DNA of 63,206 nt, counting the filler, from Octopus bimaculoides (lineage: Eukaryota): assembly GCF_001194135.2 (NCBI RefSeq). It is 7 parts of 5 records of this genome, joined end to end, with 100 filler letters (N's around TTAATTAATTAA, not from the genome) between each part and the next. Parts side by side here need not be neighbours in the genome. Positions count along the whole stretch, not along the records: positions 7,827 to 26,872 come from NC_069006.1; 6 more parts are not named here. One strand, 5' to 3'. Of this stretch, positions 11,597-23,451 are shown one piece after another (within the stretch, counting starts at the first letter, position 1; each line of letters starts with the position of its first letter). Position numbers and translations under genes: made by a program. The notes under the pieces were generated by a model. It saw only the letters and a list, made by a program, of their open reading frames with translations, did no database searches and was not told the origin of the DNA.

Positions 11597-12553
11597 TCAA
11601 ATTTTGGCAGGAGGCCAACAATTTTGGGGTAAGGAATAAGTCGACTGCATCGACCCCAATGTCCAGCTGGTACTTATCGACTTCGAAAGGTTGAAAGGCA
11701 AAGTCCACCTCGGCGGAATTTGAACTCAGAACAGAGCGACGGGTAAAATAGCGCTAAGCATTTCGTCCGGCATGCTAACGATTCTGCGAGCTCGCCGCCT
11801 TAAGAAGAACAACAACAATAATAATTTCAAATTTTGGCACAACGCTAGCACTTTTGGGGTGGGGTTAAATCGTTTATATCGATCCTAGTGCTCAACTGGT
11901 ACTTACTTTATCGACCCCAAAAGGATAAAAAAAAAATCGACCTCAGAAGAATTTTAACTCAGAACATAAAGCCGGACGAAATGCCGCTAAACATTTCGTC
12001 CGGCGTACTAACGGTTTTATCAGCAGCCTACAGCCTCATATCTATCTATCTATCTATATATATATATATATATATAGCATAAATTATAATAATGATAATC
12101 CTTTCTACTATTGACACAAGGCCTGAAATTTTTGTGGGTCTGGGCAGTCGATTACATCGGACTCAGTGGTCAAGTAGTACTTGTTTTGTTGACCCTGAAA
12201 GGATGGAAGGAAAATTCGACCTCGGCAGAATTTGAACTCTAAATATAAAGAGCCAGAAGACGTGCCATCAAGTAGTTTGACCAGCACGCTAACGATTCTG
12301 CCAGCTCACCACAAGAAGAAGAAGAAGAACAACAACAATGATAATAATGTTTTCAAACTATGGAGAGTGGGTTAGTCAATGCCTTCGATACAAGGAACAG
12401 GAACTTTATTTTATCGACCCTGGATAAGATATATATATATATATATATATGAAAAACAAAAGTTGGTCTCGGATTCAAAGACAACAGAAAGACCCGGAAG
12501 AAATACTGCAGAGCATTTCGTCCGGCATGCTAACGATTCTGGCCGCTCGCTTA
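11597..12553 (-). mobile_element. Four head-to-tail family A SINEs separated by trinucleotide tracts
   Basis: Copies at ~11597-11799, 11825-12030, 12099-12312 and 12350-12553. Each carries the gtcgacctcggcggaatttgaactcagaac-like core. Confidence 0.85.
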
Positions 12554-13030
12554 GCATTGCTAGACTAATTCTTTCCTGTCGTTATTCCACGGACCGAGAG
12601 AAAGAGCAGAACCGGTGTAACAGCGTCAGTTCTGTCACGCGTGTCGGATGTGTTTTTTCGTTGGCGAAGTTCATTCCGGCTAAGTTTCTCTAACCAGAAA
12701 CAATGTGGAGAATTGTTTCTGCCAGAAACGCAGACATTCGGTTGTTTCTTCCAAAACTTGTCGTCGTCATCATCATCATCATCATCAATACTTATTCCAA
12801 CACAACAACAACAACAACAATGCTTTTAGTCACCAATTTTTTTCCTTCGTAGTCTTAATGAATCAATATCGCATTGAAGCGATCAAAAGTTGTTGGAGCC
12901 CACATGTGTGTATACACACACACACATTATATAATATGTATATAATGATTTACGAGCATAAACAAGTATGCACATATACTACACACACACATATATATAT
13001 ACGTTAATATATTTATATATTCATACACAT

Positions 13031-13075
<45 letters not shown>

Positions 13076-13095
13076 CTTGTTGTTGNNNNNNNNNN

Positions 13096-13127
<32 letters not shown>

Positions 13128-13131
<4 letters not shown>

Positions 13132-14238
13132 ATGTACTCCTGGTAGTAACTAAGATTTGGCTACACTGCCACCACCAACATTACCCCCACGAATGCCATC
13201 ACATGACAATTACGAAATGCCTTAAACCATAAAATTTTATGCTAATTCAAAAGCCATTAGTATGCAGCAATTTAGAACATGTCCGTGTGTCTGCAAAGCT
13301 GTATGTCAGAGTCAGTCTATCTGTATATATGTATGTATATTTGGATGAATGTATGTATGTATGTATGTATGTATCTATATGTATGTATGTATACATATAT
13401 CTATGATTCAATATGTATGTCTGTCTGTCTGCATACATGTATACCTGTATGTTTGCATGTGTGTATGCATGTATCTATATAGCTATCTCTCTATATGGCT
13501 ATCTGTCTGTCTGTCTGTCTGTCTACCTGTCCATCTCTATTACATATTCCATCTTTTGCATATCCTTTCTCTCTTTCTCTCGACCTATTAGCATTTGACC
13601 ACATCAACATTAATGCCACCGCCTTCCCCACCACCACCACCACCCTACCATCATCACCAGATTCTTCTTTATTTTCAATAAATTTTGGAAACAATGAAGG
13701 ATTAAGTTAAACAACTTGGTTCGTCTTCAGCCGATTTTCGCAACAGAAATTAAAATGAAATTTTCATGGAAAGTCTTAATTCGGATAATTTTAAAACAGG
13801 AAATTTTTATCAGAGAACCGGAGGCGTTGCCAGTGGGGAGGTCTTGTAACAAAAGAGTCAATGACTACCTTCTTATATTGTTTCCTGATGCTTAACAGTC
13901 TGTTAACAGAGGAATATAAAAATCGTTGTGTGTTCGGCGTGAAGCAATTAGGCGCAGCAGTTTCGTCGCTAACAATTTGGCGCGACTGACTCGGCGTTCA
14001 GCCTGTTTTGGACACAGTACATTTTGGTACAGGGAGCGAAACACAAGCACACACAACACACACACATGCGCAGAATTAATTGCAGACACACGGACATGCT
14101 GCATACTAATGACTTTTGAACTAGTATAAAATTGTATGGTTTAAAGCATTTCGTAATTGTCATGTGATGGCATTTGTGGGGGTAATGTTGGTGGCGGCAG
14201 TGTAGCCACATCTCAGTTAATTCCATGAGTACATCCAT
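13128..14238. repeat. Inverted pair of a ~165-bp unit (13128-13296 and 14080-14238) around a ~780-bp spacer
   Basis: ggctacactgccaccaccaacattacccccac...ccgtgtgtctgcaa versus ttgcagacacacgg...gtgggggtaatgttggtggcggcagtgtagcc. Confidence 0.9.
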
Positions 14239-14384
14239 ATATATACATCCCAACAACATACACATATATGTGCATATATGTATGTGTGTGTGCATGTGTA
14301 TGAATATATAAATATATTAACGTATATATGTGTGTATGTATTATATGTGCATACGTGTATATGCTCGTAAATCATATATACACG

Positions 14385-14422
<38 letters not shown>

Positions 14423-14571
14423 ATACACACGTGTATGCATCAGCAACTTTTCATACACAAAAATATGCTCCCATACAAAGAGAATCAAGATGAAAAGTGA
14501 TAGGACTTCCTTTCCAACCTAAGAATTCTTCACACACGCACGGGCGCTCACCATGCTTCACTTGTTTTAGC

Positions 14572-14772
14572 CATTAGACTGCGGCCATCCTGGGGCAACA
14601 CCTTAAAGTGTTTAGTCGACCCCAGTAGTTATTTCATGTCTTATACATACTCTACAGGTCTCTAGCTTGGCGAAACGCTACATTATGAGGATGTAAACAA
14701 ACCAAAACTTGGTGTCCAATGGCAGAGCAGCAAACACAAAGACAAGCACTCAAACACACACACACACACACA

Positions 14773-14814
<42 letters not shown>

Positions 14815-14970
14815 CGGGATTCTATACAGTTTCCATCCTCCAAATTCACTCACAAGGACATTGGTCATCCCAGGGCTATAGCAGAAGACACTCACCACCC
14901 AAGATGCCGCGTAGAGAGACCAAACGAACCGAAAACCATGTGGCTGCGCACCAAACTGCTTAACTACACA
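14572..14970 (-). mobile_element. Diverged full-length family B SINE (CORE-like, octopus OK/OR-type)
   Basis: Colinear with the better-preserved copy at 54449-54846. Confidence 0.7.
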
Positions 14971-15289
14971 ATCTTAAATACACATACACGCACACACACA
15001 CATACATACACAAACACATATATTATATATATATATATGCAAATATATATATATGCAAATATATATACGTACATATATATATATACATGCAAATATATAT
15101 ACATACATATATATATTTGCACACACATATATATGTAGATACACACACATACATATAGATAGATAGCTACATTTATATATAATAATAATATAGATGTAGG
15201 TATGTACATATATGTATGGATATATGCATATATTTATATATTATTTATATTATTACATTTATATATAGATACATTTGTGTGTGTGTATG

Positions 15290-15323
<34 letters not shown>

Positions 15324-15734
15324 GATATACATAGATGCCGACGTATATGTGCATACACATACACTCATATATATATTGCAATCCCGCCAATTGCTAAAAG
15401 TTATATCAAAGGTCACGAATATCAATCTTGATTACATGAAAATAAATGGAGAACAAAAAGGAAAAAGGGGGAAAAAAAAAGACATGTAATAAAAAATATA
15501 TTTGTATTTTAGGTTTTGGGCATGCGCAATGACGACGGAAATGATATAATGTGATAGTAACTGATTAAAGAAAAAGAATAATAATGAAATAAACGGCGAA
15601 CAGAACGATTAATGGCGTTTTGTTCACTCACACACATTTATGTATAGATGTACTTATGTATGTATATATACATCTATATATATATACATCTATATATATA
15701 TATACATCTATATATATATATATATATATACATC

Positions 15735-15768
<34 letters not shown>

Positions 15769-15858
15769 TATACATGACCAAATAATCCGGTTTCCTAACA
15801 CACAAACGCTCGTATATGTAAATATATGTACACTGTTCATACACACCCATATATGGGT

Positions 15859-15898
<40 letters not shown>

Positions 15899-17505
15899 CA
15901 TATACATACATATTCACGTATTCCTTGCAATTTTTATTTTCCTAAATTACAAATAGATTAAACTAAAGTCGATAATCGCAGAAGCACAAACACACATATA
16001 AACATGTATCTACGTATGCATGCTTGTATATAATACATATATACATATACATGCATACATATATAAGTACACATTCACACATACACCCACCTATCTGTTA
16101 GTATATGTGTGTGTGTGTGTGTGTATTTATATATACCTGTGTTTGAATGTTTAATCTATTCTCTGTTGCTTTCTTGAAAATTGTATGTAATGTGTTGTCT
16201 TTCATGAAGATATGTGTGCGCCATATGTAATTATACAAACATACATACATAAATACATACATACATATGTACACACACACACACACACACACATACATAC
16301 ACACACATACACATATATATGCATCGTAGAATGGTGATAAAAGACATAAAATATAAAAGAAAGGAAAGAGAAAATGAAAGGAAGAACGATAGAATGAAAG
16401 ATTAAACAGGAAACCAGAAGATAAGCTGCTTCTATTTGAACTTTCGATTCAACATGATCAGGATTCCATTAATGTTTACGATCAGATAACGTTTCAAGTC
16501 CCCTTGGCTGGGGAATTGGTAGCCTCTTAAAACTCATTAGGTTTTCATCATCAGGGAAAGTAGGAAGCAAGAAAAAAAAAAGGGAAAGGAGAAAAAAGTA
16601 GTAAGGGAGAATAAAGAAAATATCAAAGTATAGAAGAATATATACAAATGATGTAAAAATTGATTAATAAAACTATTATAGAATATAAAAATAAATAACA
16701 CTACAGTGACAAAGACAACAACAACAATAAGAGCAACAACGACACCAGGGATTATAATAACAAGTGGAACCAGCGGCGGCAGCACCGAAAAAAGACGACT
16801 ACACAAATGTATAAAGATAAAAAGGGCAACAAAACATTAACAATAAGCAACAATGCAAAAAATGCAAATATATTTTAAAATTTGTATTTTATTATTTGTT
16901 GTATAGCGTCCTTTTTTTGTTTTTACAATTTACTCTTAAACTTCAAGTTTCCAATTTTTGTAAGTCTTGCTTTCGCAAACATTTATTGTAATGTTATATA
17001 AGATAGATTATTATTTCTTTTTTACCTGTTGCTGTCGTTCGCATTGTTGCGGCTGATAGTGTTGTTGTTGCGCGTACGTACATTGGAATGTTCTTTGCTA
17101 TTTTGCTTGTAATATTCGNNNNNNNNNNNNNNNNNNNNNNNNNNNNNNNNNNNNNNNNNNNNNNNNNNNNNNNNNNNNNNNNNNNNNNNNNNNNNNNNNN
17201 NNNNNNNNNNNNNNNNNNNNNNNNNNNNNNNNNNNNNNNNNNNNNNNNNNNNNNNNNNNNNNNNNNNNNNNNNNNNNNNNNNNNNNNNNNNNNNNNNNNN
17301 NNNNNNNNNNNNNNNNNNNNNNNNNNNNNNNNNNNNNNNNNNNNNNNNNNNNNNNNNNNNNNNNNNNNNNNNNNNNNNNNNNNNNNNNNNNNNNNNNNNN
17401 NNNNNNNNNNNNNNNNNNNNNNNNNNNNNNNNNNNNNNNNNNNNNNNNNNNNNNNNNNNNNNNNATATACATATATATATATATAATTCTTATACTAGAT
17501 TGTTG

Positions 17506-17588
17506 TTGACAGCGACTTCAAAGTTTCGAACAACTAAGCCAACGTCCGACGATGACTTAGCTGACCGAAACTTCGAAGTCACTTTCAA
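17506..17588. other. ~83-nt in-register hairpin made of two inverted hammerhead-like half units
   Basis: 17514-17546 pairs with 17548-17580 without indels. The plus strand reads ccgacga...gaaa-cttcgaagt-c (palindromic stem III acttcgaagt, GUC triplet). Confidence 0.6.
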
Positions 17589-17685
17589 TGGCATTCTTGT
17601 ATATAGATAATGAATCTGTAATCTACAAAAGTAGAGAGCAACCCATCAGATTAAATATAAAATTGTTTTTATTATAACTGAACAT

Positions 17686-17730
<45 letters not shown>

Positions 17731-18285
17731 AACATACACATTTGAGTATATGTTTGTGTGTACACACATACCTATATGTGTCTGTGTGCATAAATATATA
17801 TGTATGTGTGTGTGTGTGTGTGTGTGTGTGATGTATGTACTTAAATTCTGGGGACACACACACATATCTATATATTCCTACCCATATGTAGCTATCTATA
17901 TTTGTGCATCTCATTTACGATAAGCAAAAGAAAAGCAAAATAAGCCAGTAATTGGATTAAAATTTAAAATGGTTTAATATAGAAAAAGGAAAGAAAAAAA
18001 AGACAAGCAATAACAGAAAACAGAACTATAAAACAAACAGCAAACTACAATAACAGCTAAGAGAAAAAAACAACATGATAGTAACAATACAAACAGGAGA
18101 AAGAGCCAAAGCAACAGTCGAGCAAATAACACAATAATAATAATAAGAAGAAGAATAAATATTTTAATTTGCCACCAGGGCGACAGATGAGATGACATTA
18201 CAAAGAGAAAGTGTGGAGATTTACACAGAATGGAATGAGATATAAAAAGGGAAATAACAGAAATGATATACGATGATGATGATGA

Positions 18286-18317
<32 letters not shown>

Positions 18318-18759
18318 ATAATAATAATAATAATAAAATAAAAATAAGTACAACAATTGTAAAAATGATATGCAAATGAAACATAAGGAGATAAACGTTA
18401 ACTACAATGGCCCAAAATGAAAATGGACAACAACAATGAGAACAACATCAAGAAAAATAAGAAAAATAACATCTACAATTGACGATGTTAAGAAGAAGAA
18501 GAACAGCAACAATAAATATTTCAGGAACAATTGATATTTGTGTTTTCTGATACCATATATTATATATATATATATACATATATACGTGTGTGCGTGTACA
18601 TGCGTGTATATATGTGACACAGACACACAGAAACGCGCTCGCGCACACATATATATAGAGAGAGGTTAAATGCGAAGCTTGAAAATGTAGTTTTAAACAT
18701 GGCGAATTGGCGTGGAACCATTTAATCACCAGCAGTTAGGCTGGTATCCAAAATAATAC

Positions 18760-18790
<31 letters not shown>

Positions 18791-19121
18791 TGATAATAAT
18801 AATAACAACAACAAATAATTACAACAAAAAGAAAACTTGAAAAACGGGTGGAATTGAGGGCTAAGAAGGATGCGCATCTTGAGAACAAGAATAATGTATA
18901 GTTAATAATAGTAGTGATAACAACAACAACAACAACAACAACACTAATAATAATGGCGATGAAGAATAAAAACGGATAAATGGATTTCAACGTTTCCGGG
19001 CTGATCGGATCTAATGTGATGTAGTAGGCGGAAATAGATTAGATTTTATATGTGTGTGTATATATATGTATATATATATATATACGTATGTGTGTATGTA
19101 TAAATGTATATATCTATCTAT

Positions 19122-19156
<35 letters not shown>

Positions 19157-20109
19157 NNNNNNNNNNNNNNNNNNNNNNNNNNNNNNNNNNNNNNNNNNNN
19201 NNNNNNNNNNNNNNNNNNNNNNNNNNNNNNNNNNNNNNNNNNNNNNNNNNNNNNNNNNNNNNNNNNNNNNNNNNNNNNNNNNNNNNNNNNNNNNNNNNNN
19301 NNNNNNNNNNNNNNNNNNNNNNNNNNNNNNNNNNNNNNNNNNNNNNNNNNNNNNNNNNNNNNNNNNNNNNNNNNNNNNNNNNNNNNNNNNNNNNNNNNNN
19401 NNNNNNNNNNNNNNNNNNNNNNNNNNNNNNNNNNNNNNNNNNNNNNNNNNNNNNNNNNNNNNNNNNNNNNNNNNNNNNNNNNNNNNNNNNNNNNNNNNNN
19501 NNNNNNNNNNNNNNNNNNNNNNNNNNNNNNNNNNNNNNNNNNNNNNNNNNNNNNNNNNNNNNNNNNNNNNNNNNNNNNNNNNNNNNNNNNNNNNNNNNNN
19601 NNNNNNNNNNNNNNNNNNNNNNNNNNNNNNNNNNNNNNNNNNNNNNNNNNNNNNNNNNNNNNNNNNNNNNNNNNNNNNNNNNNNNNNNNNNNNNNNNNNN
19701 NNNNNNNNNNNNNNNNNNNNNNNNNNNNNNNNNNNNNNNNNNNNNNNNNNNNNNNNNNNNNNNNNNNNNNNNNNNNNNNNNNNNNNNNNNNNNNNNNNNN
19801 NNNNNNNNNNNNNNNNNNNNNNNNNNNNNNNNNNNNNNNNNNNNNNNNNNNNNNNNNNNNNNNNNNNNNNNNNNNNNNNNNNNNNNNNNNNNNNNNNNNN
19901 NNNNNNNNNNNNNNNNNNNNNNNNNNNNNNNNNNNNNNNNNNNNNNNNNNNNNNNNNNNNNNNNNNNNNNNNNNNNNNNNNNNNNNNNNNNNNNNNNNNN
20001 NNNNNNNNNNNNNNNNNNNNNNNNNNNNNNNNNNNNNNNNNNNNNNNNNNNNNNNNNNNNNNNNNNNNNNNNNNNNNNNNNNNNNNNNNNNNNNNNNNNN
20101 NNNNNNNNN

Positions 20110-20157
<48 letters not shown>

Positions 20158-21079
20158 GCGTGCACACACATTTATTCCCTAAGTGCAACCGTGACTCCGA
20201 CAAAATATATTTTGCTTCTCCCGCGGTGACATAGAAATGCTTACCCAATGCCAGTGTCTCAAGTAATATCGCGAATGTGATCTTCAGCGTATGACAGTTT
20301 CGGTAGTGTCAAGAGCAAAACCTCCCTCTCTATGAAATTTCCATTGTTCTAACGAAAGCCTTTACATACATCGTATTTCATCACCAGCATCACGTCTCAC
20401 CGGGAAGTAGGACCTAATGACACGTCTTAGATGTCTGTTAATCCCATGTGTACTATCGATTTTGTCATATAAGTGATATAATCGATATTTTTGTCCTCAT
20501 CTTGGTTGGATAAATGCTTCATAGCCACTTTTGTTTATTAGATATTTTGTGATAGTCATTCTGGTCGTGGACAGCTAACACATAACGATTAAAATGTAAC
20601 GTATAGTATAAAAATCAAGAGTGCAGTAAGGGCTACTATTCTGTCAGTCTTCGGAAGGTCAACGAGAGGGGAGGTTCTTTTCGAAGAGTTCCTTCCCGAA
20701 TACCAAAATGTTCTTTCCATTTATGAGAATTTCTTTCTTATGTATATCAAATGCTATCTGGACTGATTTGCCCTTTGTTTACCATATTTCTGTAGAAATA
20801 AATACACGACCTTAATTTCAATTAATTTTGAAAATTAAAAATTTAGCAGAAACAGTACGGAAGCCCGTCATGTATATATCTATATATATTCTTTTCTTTT
20901 ACTTGTTTCAGTCATTTGACTGTGGCCATGCTGGAGCACTACATTTAGTCGTACAAATCGACCTTAGGAATTATTGTTTGTAAGCCTAGTACTTACTCTA
21001 TCGGTCTATTTTGGCGAACCGCTAAGTTTCAGGGACGGAAATACACCAAGGTCGGTTGTCAGCGATGGTGGGAGGACAA

Positions 21080-21121
<42 letters not shown>

Positions 21122-23292
21122 TCATTAGCGGTAGAACCAGTCAAAATCGATATTTTATGTGTAAGCTGTAAACTGATGCCCGAGTCTGGTGGGTTTTAAT
21201 ACCACTGGAACGGAATTCCTCTACAGACTGACCAAATATTCCAAACATTGGTTCCAATATCCATTGTAAAAAGGCGTTATTGAATATTGCTTTGATGTAA
21301 GAGGAAAGCTTTGACTACCATATTTACAAAAATATCTAATATAATAAAAATTTGTTGTCCTCTTTTTGTTCGCTGCACCTTTATATCATACATTTTCCTC
21401 AATTATGTTTTTATAGCACTTATTGTATGGAACAAGGGGATGTTTGGGAGGCCATTGATGTGAAGGTTTTTCGATTTCGAGACGTTTTTCTTTTTTTCTT
21501 AGTTTAACTATCAAATATGAACATTTCTTTTGGCCAAATTCCATCCATATTTCAGTTAAAAATGTTGCAGCTGATTCCAGCTGATTCCACACAAAAGAAA
21601 TTACGAGTTTCATTAGTGTATATCCCGCTGTTCTAGGCTGAAACATAACATCTATACTTTTGTATAAGAAATAACATGAACAGAAGCGCAGACAGGGTGT
21701 CGCCTTGGCATATTCCTTTGAAAGATTTATACAATATCGAAGTCAATCAATATGCTTTCGGTTACAATTATGGGCCATTGCTGACCAGGACTTTCTGAAC
21801 CTTCCTCTGGCAGTATCTAGGTCAGTGAAAACCTTGGTCAAGAATACTGACTCTACCAACCACGAGTGGGAAAAGGCTACATCATCATCATCATCATCAG
21901 CACATGGGCATTAGTCTCTCAGTTCCTGGGACTCATACAGCCGGTTCCCCAATTTCCGTGGCATAAAAATAACTGAGCTTACAACGTGCTCCCAGTCTGT
22001 AGCAGGGTTGCTCGTTAGCAGTTGAGGGGAGCGGAGCAACGTGAAATTGTTTCGTTCAAAAACACAAGGTATCGTCCGGTCCGAGAATCGAAATCCATCG
22101 GTTTCAAATGGGACTATCGTTGTTCAATTATTCAAAACATAGTCTTCAGACACTGACTGTTTCAAGTATTTTTCCAAACACAGACACACTCACACACACC
22201 CATGCATATTAGTTTCAAATTTTGGCACAATGCCAGCAATTTTATGGAAGGGTTAAGTCGAATGTATCGACCCCAGTGTTTAACTGGTACTTATTTTATC
22301 GACCCCGAAAGGACGAGAGGCAAAGTTACCCTCAGCGGATATCTTTCACTTTCAGTCATTGGACTGCAGCGCCTCATTGATGGTTTCAGTGGAACAAACT
22401 CACCCCAGCACTTATTGTTAACAGGCTTCTTTCAGTTTCTATCTGCCAAATTCATCCACAAGACTTTAGTTGGCCCAAAATGCCACGCAGTGGGATTGAA
22501 TCCGGAACCATGTGGTTGGGAAGCAAACTCCGTACCACACAGCCACGCCTGCGCCTATAAGATGCACTTCCACACAGTATTCATTCAAAGGCATTGAATC
22601 AAATTCATTCAAAAGTCGAAAACAGTTGCCCAAAGTGCCGCGCGGTGAGACAGGATCGGAAGCCGCCTGGCTGCAAAGTTAGCTTCTTAAACACACAGCC
22701 ATACCTGCGCTCAGTAGTTCGAGTTTTCCTTCTTGGTAATTTTGGGAGAGACGTTCACATCTGCCGGGTTATCCGACTTCTATGGCTTAACATGATAATT
22801 CTTTTCGCTTCCAAACAGCGACACCAGGCAATGTTATATTTGCATTATACAAATGTATTCAAGGAAATATTTTCACCAATATTTCTTGCGTTCACATCTA
22901 TGTATTCAATATGCATAAATGCGTATGTATGTGTGCATGTTACTCTTCATGCATAAAATTCCATTTGTTTTGTGAATCTGTAGGTTTTGAATTATCTCTG
23001 TATACACATACACGTCTTTGTATTCACACAAGTATATATATTTACGTACGATACAGAAAACGTCTGGAATATTTTATGTGTACTAACAGTTCAATCAATG
23101 GTCTTTTTTAGCTGGTGTTTTCTAATAGATCTTGTTCTTTCTGGGTTTCGTAAAGCCTATCACCTTAACATGGTTACTGAAGTAGTTAGCGACATACCCA
23201 AGTGACCAAAGGAAGAAAGTCTTAAGTTAAAGTCCACAGTCCAACTATGCCTATGTATTTATGTAAACGTAAATGTATGCACATGTGTGTGC

Positions 23293-23383
<91 letters not shown>

Positions 23384-23419
23384 ATATACATATGAAGATA
23401 AAGTGCTCTCAACATATTC

Positions 23420-23451
<32 letters not shown>

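Noticed and set aside
16470-16560. Minus-strand ctgatga ... cccc-agccaa-gggg-actt-gaaacgtt as a hammerhead
   Set aside because: The core is not adjacent to the stem and stem I does not pair.
20280-20310. gaaactgtc-atacg-ctgaaga order (similar at ~22140-22165) as type II/III hammerheads
   Set aside because: Stem I would be 5 nt with no pairing, and stem II does not close.
21170-21290. Minus-strand ILEPMFGIFGQ resembling a TRPM pore helix
   Set aside because: The neighbouring S4/S5/S6 sequence is not found and the spacing needs a gap. The match is too short to support.
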